From positions 2,604,001 to 2,668,000 of the forward strand of contig NC_134025.1 of assembly GCF_964204645.1 (NCBI RefSeq): a stretch of DNA of 64,000 nucleotides, written 5' to 3'. The position numbers were made by a program, and so were the translations under genes. Positions 1 to 12,699 of this stretch are shown here, in pieces; the first letter of the stretch is position 1; the number at the start of each line of letters is the position of its first letter. This DNA comes from Tubulanus polymorphus. Lineage: Eukaryota > Animalia > Nemertea. The notes under the pieces are model-generated. The model worked only from the letters and a program-made list of their open reading frames with translations. It ran no database searches and was not told the DNA's origin.

Positions 1-2366
1 GATCTATGTACCCCGATAATTAATATCGGGATACATCATGGAATCTATTGTTCTGGCTTCTATAGATTTTCTCTAATGACCCGTACCTCGTTACTGTCTC
101 TGATGTGAAGCCAAATCCTGATGGGTTTTCATTAATTAGTCGAATTTGACTGAATGGTTTCTACGTTTTAAAACAGAACGTTAATTTCAAAAATATCACC
201 GATTCACGTGAACGAGATGTAGTTCTAATATTTTTGAGAATTGTCGGTTTGTCGTTTAAGATCACCTCTGAAGTTGGATCAGTTGTTTATTCAGTGCAAT
301 CTATGCTTCATTGTGAGCGAATATGTATAAAATATTCTCTGCTCGGTGCATGGTAAGGACACCATTGTGCAGTTAATATTTTTATTTACTTGTTGATTCG
401 TATGGTAAAACTCACTTAATCTTCATCATATTTTATTCGTTGAAGTATATTGCGAAAGATTTTATCCAATTCCAAGATGATAGGATGAAAACCTGCTATA
501 TTTATAAGATTAAAAGCGCGAAACACTTCGACAATTATCTCTGTAAAGAATCCAAAATGTTACGTCTTCACTTTTGATTTAATAGATCAGATTTTTTATA
601 ATCTTTTAGATTTGTATATAAAGGGCTTTTATCTATTCTCCATTTTTCGGTGAACTGGCTGTTCTATGATAGTGTTAAATTCAGTATAAGTGAAGCAGGT
701 TAAGTGGGTTCTACAGCAATAGAATCAAAAATTCATCGTGTTTTTAATGGGTAATCAGAAACCACAACCCATCAGGATATGTAATATATTTGAAATAATT
801 CAGGATACGTGAAATTTACAATAATTATTTCTAATTTCTATTGATATTATCTTTGACGCATTTTCTCCATTGATACTTCATCTAATCTCAATACCCCTCA
901 ACAACTGCTATTGACTCCCGAATATTATTTCTAATTATTTGAGTTAAGTTCGGTGCAAATATTATTCCAACCATTTCGGTATAGACCTTAATACCTATGA
1001 AATATTTCTATCCCAACAAGTATATTTCATCGAAAATATTAGCCTACGCATATATTATTATTATTATTATTATTATTAATATCCCGACATTTTTGAAGTA
1101 ATTTAGACGATCCAAATTCCAATATTAATTATTCATGAATTCACTGTTCCAAGTTTTTGTTCGTTGATTGCGTGTCATTTTGAATTTGCCATGAAATGAT
1201 GGTTTTATAAGTGTGTACTATTTCTCCCAGAGGTTCAATCCTGAAAACAACGTAAAAGTCTTCTATAATAAACCGGTTCTGACTCGGTAACGCTCTCTAC
1301 GTTTTCATCAAAAATAGCTAAGTTCCAGTCTATTATTGAAGGCATCAGGTTCGAATCTCTGCTAATGAGCCGAGGAGAAATAAATGACACTTATTCGCAG
1401 ATTGCTTTGGGTGAATTGTGTTCTTGAACGGGGCGTAGATTAATCGACATGAAAGGTTGCGTTTCGAAAAAACAACTCGGAAATCAGAAGTACAGAACTC
1501 CGCCTTACTTGGTTGTATAAGATGATAACAAAATCGACTGGGTTTTGAATTTGCGAGATTCATATCGAGGGTAGGGGATATTTTGACTGAGACAAGCAGA
1601 AAGGCTTGATGGAGACCGAGTAGGCAGAGGAATCTTTACTGAATATTTCGCATTTGTGTAGTAAGCAATTTCAATTAAAATCAAACTAGACATACCGGTA
1701 GTAGAATTGAGGAAGGACATAATTCGCCTTTTTTGGGTTTGCTGATTTTTAAAAAAGCTGGCTATTCACGTGAAAAAAAATAAAGGACAGAACAGTCTTA
1801 TTGGGGGTTAATGATGGGTAGTGTGGGGAGGGTGTGAGAGGTGTGTGACTGGTGCGTGAATGAAGCCCCCTCTAATCAGATTCTATTTCAGAGAACTCGC
1901 GCTAGGTGGGCCCCTTATAGGTGGCCGGGACACCTATCTATCATGGATCATATTCTATTTTTAGTAAAAGACAAAGCAAAATGAAAGTACCGGTACGCCG
2001 TACAAAATCCATCCGTGGAAACGATATAGATTCTAATTGATCTGGACAACACTGTGGTATGGTCCGATGATATTGACTCGTGGCCCATATGACATGTTGT
2101 CGTCGCAGCAGGTCACTAGGCAAAATTTCATTTTAATTTCCTCAAACAGTTTCCGAGATGGATTACGCGTTGCAGACTTGTTGCTGTAAGGTTAGTAGTA
2201 TTATTTCGGTTTTCGAAATTACTAATTCCAATTCGAAGGTACGTATGGAATTAGGTGGAGAGAAGTGCTGTCGTGGCGACAGCATTTCGATCCTTGGACG
2301 GCGGCAAACTAGTTGACAATGTATTTTTACGCGTTTATTAAGTGTATAGTTTTTTGTTTATTTTAG

Positions 2367-4552
2367 GTTTGATGACGGAATCTGAGAGGAAAGTTTACGA
2401 TGCAATCCCGTCGCCTCATAGTAAATTCTGGGTGCCGTGTCAGTGGGCCGCGTCGCTCGCATCACGTGCAAGAAACGAAGGGAGAATTAAAGATGATATC
2501 CATTTAAAATCGATACTCGATGTAAGTCATAAGAACTCACTCTAAACGAATAGTGCTTGTGAAGATGCTTGTAACTCCTTTAATGCGAGAGCCAATCCTG
2601 TTTTTAACTACAAAAAAGTACGATGTTTTTATTTCTAGGAAATAAATTCATACCGGAATCATCTTGGAGTTTTGTATGGTTTTGATTGGGTGAGCGTACC
2701 GCTAGTTTACACACAGGTGGCGACCTTGTCAGTTTACACGTTCTTCACTGCGTGTTTATTCGGTCGACAATTCCTCGATCCGGAACAAAACTATCCCGGA
2801 CATCGAATAGATCTGTACGTTCCTGCGTTTACGATTTTCCAGTTCTTTTTCTACATGGGTTGGATTAAGGTAGGAATGATAAAATCGCTGCTTTATAAGA
2901 CATACATCGCAAGTATAAGTGTATTCTGATGAGATTTATGATGTGATTCTAATTTTCAGGTAGCTGAACAGTTGATCAATCCATTCGGAGAGGATGACGA
3001 CGATTTTGATATTAATTGGATTATTGACCGAAATCTACAGGTAAAATTCTTTCATACATTATTTAACCCTTTCAGTGCTAGCTAATTAATACCCTATAGT
3101 GCTGGAGATAATTTGAAAATTTTGAAAAATTCCGCTCAAGTGTGTTGAATACCGGGAATACCACTACAGTGCGTCTACACCCTGGCGCGGTGTATCGTTA
3201 GTAACTAATATTTCACTATGTTTGACAGGTGCTGCCATCTTTCAATAGAGATAAAAACTAATTACACCAATACACCGCAGTGCGGTGTACTAGCAAAATC
3301 CATCACCGATTCATACACTGCACTGCGGTGTATACGCACTGAAAGGGTTAAACTTTATTTCGTGAATAGATGTAGAATCTTAGGTGGTTAGATAAAATTG
3401 TAGAACAAACTACAAAACACCTCGATGCTACTAGTTTGTCTTTGTGATCTTAATTGTAACACAAAATGCTTTTGTATTTTAATTAAAGGTTGGATTTTTG
3501 GCTGTAGATGAGATGTACATGGATGTGCCGTATTTAGAACCAGATCGATGGTGGAACGACATAGACGTCGATTTACCGTACACAAAATCTTCGATCGGTT
3601 TCAAGACCGAACCGTTCATGGGCTCCACTGCGGATCTAGGGTAAGCGTACTCTTTTATAACCGTATTAATGAAATAAGTTTTTTCACCGGTACCAAAATT
3701 TCAAACTGTATTTAAAATGTCGTGCATTTGTTTTACAGCCTTCCGAAGGAGGATATGAAATTCGTCAATATGGAAACGATTCATGAGATTTCGAACCACC
3801 AGCTGCCGTCTGTAATTAAGAGCAGTCCATCTCTACCGCTGAATACTAGTTCTCTAAACGTCACTCTGACCTCGCCGGTGAAAAGAAAATGTTATCTTCA
3901 TCCGTTGAACACTAATCTCGCGGTCAGCACAGAAACTATCGACTTTCAGAAAGGCTACAATAGAGAAAGCAACGAAATTCGTCCATTGATTTCTCATATC
4001 TCCGACAAAGTAAACAGCGCAACTTACGTGAAAGAGTGGATATCGAACCACGGAACGAACGAACCGATGTCGACTCCGGCTTCGACTCGACCGAATAGTT
4101 TACATCCGGCAGATCATGAGATGTATCACCACGTGACGACCCCTTACCACGATACCGTTCACCCTTGCGCTTGGACCGCCGAAGACGACGCCGACAAAAT
4201 CAACGAAAATGCCGAACTTATGAAACAATGGTTTCACGACCGCGGTTCGCTCGAATCGAGCGAAAAATCGCTGGATAAATTGAGCGAGGCGGGTAAAACG
4301 AATTCGCCGATAGATCGTCTGACGAGTACCCCGATTCCGACACCCGCGGCAACGACAGCGTGTAAACTCGCGAGGGACTTAGAAAATTGCCTCGCCTGTG
4401 AGGATAACGCGGCGTATTTACCGAGCTCTCCGGAAACTAGTATCAAAGCAGCGCCTGACCGCATTTATCCGGATATTACAATTAGTATCAGCGATGAAAC
4501 TAAAATGAAAACAGTAAGCACAGACGGCAGTACTCGAGAACTATTAACATAA
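2367..4552 (+). CDS. BEST: Bestrophin Ca2+-activated chloride channel, 3' part (5' exons lie upstream of the window or were not identified)
   Basis: GT-AG exons ~2367-2521, 2639-2869, 2960-3040, 3489-3640, 3739-4552 translate in frame to bestrophin motifs [57 protein letters not shown], followed by a long S/T/P-rich cytoplasmic tail; stop TAA at 4550-4552. Confidence 0.95.
3067..3347. mobile_element. piggyBac-type MITE, copy 1 (bestrophin intron)
   Basis: TIRs CCCTTTCAGTGC...GCACTGAAAGGG flanked by TTAA on both sides (3063-3066, 3348-3351); no ORF; a closely similar copy lies at 22063-22348. Confidence 0.9.
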
Positions 4553-7214
4553 TCCACGTATTTCAAGACTCATATTTGATGAATATGGCTGTAAGTTATG
4601 CTGTACGACAATATTTTTGCTGAATTAATTATTGTTTTCAAACTTAAGCCGATGTTTGTATGATTTTCGGTGGTGCTAATATGTAATACATGCTTGAATA
4701 CAATAATATACAATGATATAATCGATTTCCAAAGCTGACAATCACTGACGACTGCACTTGATATAAACTATTTTACTTCACTCGGTGTTTTTAGTATTGC
4801 ATATTGAATCAGATATTTAGCGGATCTCTGCATTTCAAGCATATGTAATATCAGTATGTGCTATCAGTGTTTATATGTATGATTCCTGAACCGTCTGTGC
4901 ATTATTTACGTGTATAGCAGCTCTGTTGCTAATGTTCAAAACTGAATGATACGTTCACTCACGGTTGCGCGTGTTCTGCAAAATATGAAAATATTTTGCT
5001 GAATTTGGGAGGTAGATAGAATGCATTTTGTAATGTCATTCCGAAATCTCATTCCATCTCTTGGAAACATTCTATGTTGAATTAATTCCAACGTGTACTG
5101 ACTGTTCATTACCTGGTTTTTGTTATTTCTATTTTATTGCGTTAAACGATGTTTACACGTATTCATGTTTGTGTATTGTACATTTATTATTGTTGTTTGT
5201 ATTAGGGATCTGTAGGAGTGTTCTGTCTTAGGTAAGGAATGTATTTATAATCTCACATTTCCAGTAATCCAAAATGTTCTCAGATATATTTGTATCTTAA
5301 CAGCTTAGCTCTGTAGTATTATTTGTAATATGTAATTAATGTAACTTGCATCCTCGCCATATGGTATAGTAATATATAATATGTAACATAATAGATAAAG
5401 ATATGTTGTTAATTGTTGAAACAGTGATCAAATATGTGATAAGATTTTAATCTGTATGTGTAATTATATTTTTGGAATTTTATAAGTCGAATGGGCTGGG
5501 TGGTAAGTTGATGGCTGTTATGTGACATTGCTTGTGTATATTTTACTGATGCTGTCGATCTCTTGGAAATGTTCTATCCACTTATCTGTAATAATGTATT
5601 TTTATCGGTATCTTTGTCCGCTTATTGTCCCCGTCTGTTTTGTAAGTATTCTCTGAAGAACATTTTTTTGGCAGCTTAAAAATGAATGTTGCTACTATAA
5701 CGTTTTTACCTTAAATCGCCATTGAAAAAAGAACGATGGCTTTAATCGGTATATGTTGTAAATGCCATAGAAATCTCTTAATATCAATAGAGCTTATGAA
5801 ATCTCAAATATTTGGTGGTACATCAGTATTCGGTAGATAATAAAACCGCCGTAGGTGAAAATGATGCATTTCGTTCGACATGTAATAAGCTTCAAGAAGC
5901 CAATAAGATTATGGATGCCTTAACGTTTATTTATCTTGCACTATGCAGTATCTTTCGCCAGAAATATGAATAATAAGATACAAAGATCTGCATTATACCA
6001 AAAGGTCACTTTTAGTTTTATTGTTTACTCTTATATAATCGTTATTTTATGTTTGTTCTTTTTTTTTTGAGTAAAATGCTATGAAGCAAGTACCGGTATG
6101 ATTAAATTATGTTAGGGGGAAATGTTTGAAGCACTCAGGATGTACATGAGCTATGAATGAGATGATGCCTGTTATACGAGTCAGATTTCATTTTATTATT
6201 AAAAGCCTGTGCTATATAAGATGTTCTCGATTTTTGTTTGATTTCTTTTATCACCCGCGAAGGATTTTCATTAAGAGGAGCATACAGTTAGCTGTATCTA
6301 CTACAAACTGCTTTACTGACTAGAGGAAGGAGTGTGCTTCGCTCCATCGTAGATGGTTATGTTGACCACTTACAAGAACGTCCCGGAGTCAATTAAGACA
6401 AAGACATGGTTCTGAGCAAGTCTGCTTTTTGAAAAAAAAATTAAGTCCTTTATCTTTGCTTGATTTTCAGTGCTATCTGTCGACCTGAAAGATATTTGTC
6501 ATGTACGTTTGTGGATACTTCGTGTTGATTTCACCGTTGAGGGTGAATTGTTTCAGTCGATGGTAATGCTTGATTAGATAAAATGATTCTTAATTTGTAT
6601 TAACCAATATCCTTCAACAACAAACCATCAAATGGTATTCCCTTAAGATATCAGTCATGCTTCAATGATCAACCTCATGAACAACTACAAATCGTTCATC
6701 CGTTGAAATATGCGAGGAGATGCTCCGATTCCACGGGTATAACCAACTCTAAATAACAACGAAAACAACAAATCAATGGATGAATTACCGGTTTTTATTG
6801 TCACCTAAGACACAACTGTTCAAGTTATGCCTACTTTACATTGATTAAAATTACAAACTTATTTCATACAGCGTCATTAGACTAATTATATCACATAGCT
6901 TCAGATCATTGTAAATTTACTGAAATTTAATAACAAGTTGTTCCTTCATTTGAGACGTTTCACAATAGGACATTTTGATTATGATCTATGTAAAGTAGAC
7001 AAACACTAGAGTTCTACTGTGTCACATTATATTCATCTGTTAATACTAAATATTAAAACTGTACAACACTGTACACATCAAGAGTATCTGACTGGCAAAC
7101 CCTTTATAGCTGCAGCTCAACACCGAGCACCGACATGTACTCAACTCAAATTACACAAATATCTCCCAACTTTGTTACATGTCAGAATGAGATCTGCATT
7201 TATAGATATCGATA

Positions 7215-7573
7215 CAGTCAACCTCGGTTAATCCTTCCCCTGCTAATCCGATGAAGATTGGAATTTTTAGTTTCGAGTGTTTTTAATTGTAGTGATTTTG
7301 AATAGGCAATCTAAACATCATTAAACTGGATACTATACAAGGTTATGGGTTGAAATAATAGTTTACAGTGGAACCTCGTTACAACGAAGTTCAGGGGACC
7401 AGAAAATCTGTTTGTTATTGCCAGTATGAAAATAATCAAATTGTCTTACTTGGGACACTATTTTATATTTGTTATAACCGATGAATTGTTATATCCTGGT
7501 TCGCTATATGGATTATAGCTAATTTGAGGAAATTGAGGAGTTTTTAGTAATACGGATTAACCAAGGCTGACTG
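7215..7573. mobile_element. Tc1/mariner(pogo)-type MITE containing a second nested or truncated Tc1-type fragment, in the CNOT2 3' UTR region
   Basis: TA|CAGTCAACCTCGGTTAATCC ... GGATTAACCAAGGCTGACTG|TA imperfect TIRs with TA flanks; an internal second terminus TA|CAGTGGAACCTCGTTACAACG starts at 7366. Confidence 0.75.
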
Positions 7574-7713
7574 TAAATAGAAAATTGTGCCGAAGACGAG
7601 CAGAATTTCATATTCGATCTCCATAGTCTCATTCATTGTTTGCAGGGTTCAATACATCATTGCTTCGTGCACCGAATACATCATCACATATATAAAACAT
7701 GTCCTCGACAGAT

Positions 7714-7733
7714 TGACCACCAGGTGGCGCTAG
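7714..7733 (+). promoter_or_regulatory. Near-consensus CTCF motif
   Basis: TGACCACCAGGTGGCGCTAG matches the CTCF core CCASYAGRKGGCRS; it overlaps the CNOT2 stop codon. Motif match only, binding not shown. Confidence 0.55.
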
Positions 7734-10700
7734 TGAGCCATGATCGGTTGCGATTGATTATGTTGTAACGTCGCTGGCAGGTGAGGTCGCTCTTCTAACT
7801 TGTCGTATTCCAAATGAAATTCTTTCGCTACTTTCCGCCAGTTTTGCACATCAAAGAAGTAATAGGTTCCGCGTTCGTAAGAGTTCGTTTTGACGATCGG
7901 GTCCATTCCCGGAGCTCTCGTGATCCATACACGTTCCTCCTTGTGGTATCTCCAATCTCTGTTATATCTGTAATATAACAATACAGATCCTGTTTATGGA
8001 GATTGCAGTGATAAATCAATAGACATGAAGACAGGTAGTACTTTCGCTATAACTGCATAGAAGCTTCATGAAGTCGATTGAGAAACAACATGATTTATAG
8101 GGAGAGTGACACAATAGAGAATACTGAGTGAGTTGGATAACTACAAATAAATCAATGAGTGATTATATAGGAATATATTACTTACAATTCAGCTGCAGCC
8201 GCCAACTGTAAAACATCCCCTCCATTCATATAGAACAGATAAAACAATAAATCTTCACCGTATCGATTCAACTTGATCGGAGCAAGCTATAAAATAAAAC
8301 ATAATTCAGGATACTTTACGATTCATAACCAATTGATAGACGCAGCAGGTATAGAAAGTGACATTTACCTTATCCCTGATGAAAATATTCGTTAAATATT
8401 CAGAAGGAACATGAAAATCTGAAAAAAATAATATACCGGTTAACATTTCAGAGACTATAGTAAAATGAATAGAGAAATTGGATGGAATTGTTTGAAAGTA
8501 TGTACCAATATCCTGAGGTCGACAAGGAGCATCCGCCCATGGACTTTGAAACGTACTGTATAAACTCCTATAATAAAAACATACATAATATCATACATGA
8601 ATCTTGAAAAAAAAAAAATCAGCAATTACAGTTAAAAATACAGTTTACATCGGTTAACCGAGATTGAGAGCTAATGATGATGATAATTACTAAAACTCTT
8701 ACTCAGGTGAATTGAGATTGAGACCCAGCGTAGTTAGATCAATGCCCGGTGCTAGTGCGACTAAATTAGGATCAGTTTCAGCAGCGCGAATAAACGTCAA
8801 TAACCCGACCATTCCAAACTGATCTGTTACCATACCTTGAGGAATGTTTGATACCGTACCTATAAAACACAAACAAACAATAAAACAATGAACACCAATC
8901 TAACTATCATCACAGATATATCACAACTAACAGTTGGTTATACGATAGTCAAAATTAGTCATTTGGTGGACACCTGGTGGATCCTCACTCGCCACAAGCG
9001 GAATCTTTGAATGCCACAATATAAAGTTTTCATTATGTGTTCATGATTCTGAATTTGTTTCCATATATTGTCCACACTTACCATCAGGATGTGTCTGAAT
9101 TTTCTTTTGCGTAGAACTATTAGTTGAACTAGTGCTGTTACTGCTTGACTTATTCTCCATACCCGGAAATAGTTTATTGCTTTCCTTACTACTAAACGCA
9201 TTTTCAAACGTACTAGCACCACCTGGACCACTTAGCTAGAAAAAAAAAAACAGCCATCAATTCGCAATAATGACTTGATCATGAAAAAAAAAACCTCGAC
9301 TTCATTAAATGATTTCTTACCACTTTCCCTAATGAGTCTTGTATAGGAGGTTGAGGATCTACAAAAAGATGAACGATTCGTTAAACTTAATGCATGAAAT
9401 GACAGATTAAGAATGATTCTACCGTAAAACCCACTGCACTGTAAATAATATCCAGATAAGATCAAAATTGTGATATAACTGATCCAAATTAAGCAGATTT
9501 GACTGTATTTATCGTACTTACTCGATGAGCCTGGTAAGGCAGGGAAATCCTCTTGTTGTATCGTAAATTCAGGTTGTTCACTTTGCGATTTACTCACCAT
9601 ATTCACTGAAATCAAATTCAAATGATCGATCATTATATTATAAAGCGGTGATAAAGGGAAAATACACGAAAACGAAACCATTTTATTTCCTGATTAGATG
9701 TTAATTTGATAACAGTTCAACCATTCACCAAGTGCTAGCTAGTATTTTTTAATCGTCGGGGTATTGAGTACAACTTTACAATAAGTCTCTAACGATAGAC
9801 TATATACCAATACTACTGAGCTCAGACTACAGTGAAAACATACCATAATTACGCCCGCCAACTGGAGGCATAGGATTTAAAGGTGGCACTCCTGAAGACC
9901 GGTTTCCAAGTGTCGGAAATTCCGAGAGGTCCAGAGATGAATGGTCTGCAATATTCAACATTAAATACGCTATTCCGACTTGTAATTTGTGATGAACCCG
10001 TACTTAGATTAGACCCGTTATTTTCTATGGTTCTAAAAGACTTAAGGTAAAGTTGTTAATAAGATGATCTCGTACGAATTAAAATTTGCGCCCGGGGAAC
10101 GCGGGTGTATAGAAATAAAGAATTACCTCTAGAATACGTTGAAGATGTTAAACTGAGATGACTTCCAACTCTGTAACATAAATGATTGATTTGTTAACAG
10201 GGCGACGCGCAGAATCAGTTCCCACATTTCTCCGAGCAATATCCTGAAATCCAAACAATTAAATGCACCATCGATCAAAAAGGCATTAATCAATGACGAT
10301 TTTTTTTCTGAAGTCTAGTTGTGCACCGCAGTCTCCTAAGTAACCTATTCGCTCAATGGTAACAGATATACGTAATCACAGCACCTTGTAGTCATTAGTT
10401 TAAACATGGAAACACCATCAAAATACCATCAACTTCTTAAACCTGTCATCGAATATCTTTTGATCGTAAAAAGTTGACCGTATTCAACGAAAGCGGGAAA
10501 TTCCCGCACAGTTAAAACAATAAACAACGATAACTAAAACAATATAAACAACAAACTGTCGAAATGAAATTACGAAGTGAAACGAAATTCATTCGGAAAA
10601 GGGACACGTTTTAATACCAGACACCTCGGTGCAAAACCACTGGGGATAGAGGGTGAGAGGTTTACTCACGATTGTGACGCTTTCCTTTGGAAAGCACCAA

Positions 10701-12659
10701 CAGTCGAGCCTCGCTGATTTCCTATACTCGATGAGAACATAGATCTGAAAAGAATTTATATCTAAAAGTGTACCCGACCCCGGTGAAAAGGGAGTATCGC
10801 TCGTATCATTTTCAATAGAGCAGTGATTGAATTGAAGTAAGACACCCGAGAACCTTAAACCTAGAACTAGACATTCATAAAACCTGCAAAAAAATTCAAT
10901 CATACTCGACTTAAAAACAAAGTGAACACTGGCAGGAGTCAGATTGATGAACGTCGTTACTTTCTCTTAAACTTTTTCACAACAAAATACCAGTAATTTG
11001 CACATAATCTTTCCAAATTTTTTCACGTGAAGGTAGAATGACATAAGCAGTTCCTGATCACGATCTGGACTGATTTCCTAAAATTCAACACAGCTCAGAT
11101 GAATTCTGAGCTGTACGGTATATAGCATAAAATAGGGAGTAAAATATTTTGGAGGACACTTATGTTAGCTTTTTAACATTTTTTCATAGATTTTGCTCAT
11201 TTTTCCACAATTTTTTAAGCTGACATCCATTTTTCTCACTTTCACATCAATCTGACCCCTGCCCGAAGTAGAAGGCCTACTGTCAAACCAAGAAATATTA
11301 CAACATCATTCTGTTTTTGTTGATAATGCGAGTTATAACACAAAATGGTTAGATTTCCAACGCAGTGATATTCAATCCCGGAGATTCATGCATGTACTTA
11401 ACTGTTGTTTGATCAGGACAAATTCTTCTTTTTTTAAAAGTCAAATCTCTTTTTTTCGAAAACTAATTCATGCATTGAACGATAAAATAGTGAATGAAAT
11501 TGACACCAGGATGGTGATTTCACGAACTGAGGAAAACCCAACCAGGAATTGCAATCATTGTTACCAGACTTCCTTGATTTTCCAATGACCAGGTATTCTT
11601 TACCTGATTCAGCCACACATAGATTAATTACATACGACCTTAGTCTCTAACTGAAGTGGTCTATAAAGTCAAGTGTAGCGTGTCATCAGCAGATGTGATT
11701 TTCAAAATAGAATTCATCACGACTTTATCAAGGAAGTTGTGGAACTATGAGAGTAGGTATTCTACAACTGATTTATCATTATACATGATTGATTTACCTG
11801 TTTGGCGAAGACTGTTGAACACTGAAAGGAAAAGTACCAATACCACTCGTAGGGGTGATGTTCCGTGGCACTTGACTGTTGTTTACATTTCTTTGTTGTA
11901 TCGATATACTACCCATACCTGAAATATAGAATAATCAATATCATTGCATCAAACGTAAGACTTTCACGTCCGTGTATGATTACAATAAGAAGAGTCACTA
12001 CTCACCGGCAGGTTGACCATAGAAATTAGCATTCACACCAGACAGTTGAGATGGAGAGGGAGATGTCATCATCTAAAACAAATATACAGTAGACTCATCT
12101 AAACACGAATATTGTATACTTATTATAATTGTATTATATATCACCAGATGGCGTATCTATTCTGCGCCCGTTTTTAGTTCTTGAATGAATTGCATTTATT
12201 TCATGAATGGAACAGGATCCAGATGTAATGATAATATGGTAACAAACCTCTTTGTCGGGCCGAAATAAACTTTGACTGTTTGAAGACATATTGAAATACA
12301 TACTGGGCTCAGTATCTTCATCTTCACCGAAAAATCCCTAAAATACAAGACATTACGCAACGGTTTAAACCATTCAGGCACTCACTGCATTCATACAAAA
12401 ACGGCTTCAAAAATAAGTGACTCCCAAACCATAAACTGACAGCTTTATTGGACAGTTGATTCATGACAGAATATACAGCAATATTCATGAAAAAATAGAC
12501 AGCCATACTAACCATAAATTGACAGCTTTATTTGACAGTTATACGACATACCTTGTTTTTGATACTATTCAATGATTTATTCGACTCCATTCCGATGATA
12601 TTCATTAATTTTCTGCGTCCTCCGCCCGGAGATAAATCAGCGTTTGTTTTCCTCGTCAT
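7730..12659 (-). CDS. CNOT2: CCR4-NOT transcription complex subunit 2
   Basis: Minus-strand exons ~12552-12659, 12007-12072, 11798-11918, 10670-10744, 10127-10170, 9845-9946, 9521-9605, 9081-9231, 8704-8858, 8506-8567, 8369-8418, 8186-8286, 7730-7967. Motifs LDLSEFPTL, FTIQQEDFPALPG, DQFGMVGLLTFIRAAETDPNLV, and the NOT box YNRDWRYHKEERVWITRAPG...YERGTYYFFD. The first coding exon is less certain. Confidence 0.95.
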
Positions 12660-12699
12660 ATTTCCGTACCTGCAATTATGAAATAACAGTTCGTACAAT

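Noticed and set aside
1-2100. Short ORFs at 1345-2123 as independent genes
   Set aside because: No recognisable domains or coherent splice pattern; likely bestrophin intron or upstream sequence.
7650-7732. Stop-codon readthrough of CNOT2 (TAG-C followed by ~26 open codons)
   Set aside because: An open stretch of this length arises by chance; no evidence without conservation or ribosome profiling.
10589-10903. 104-aa minus-strand ORF
   Set aside because: Overlaps a 75-nt CNOT2 exon (10670-10744) read in another frame plus intron sequence; not a separate gene.
11636-11660. 25-nt candidate CNOT2 microexon (tatAG|ACCACTTCAG...GGTC|GTATGT)
   Set aside because: Not frame-preserving, and the flanking exons join in frame without it; it could only be a poison exon, which is unsupported.
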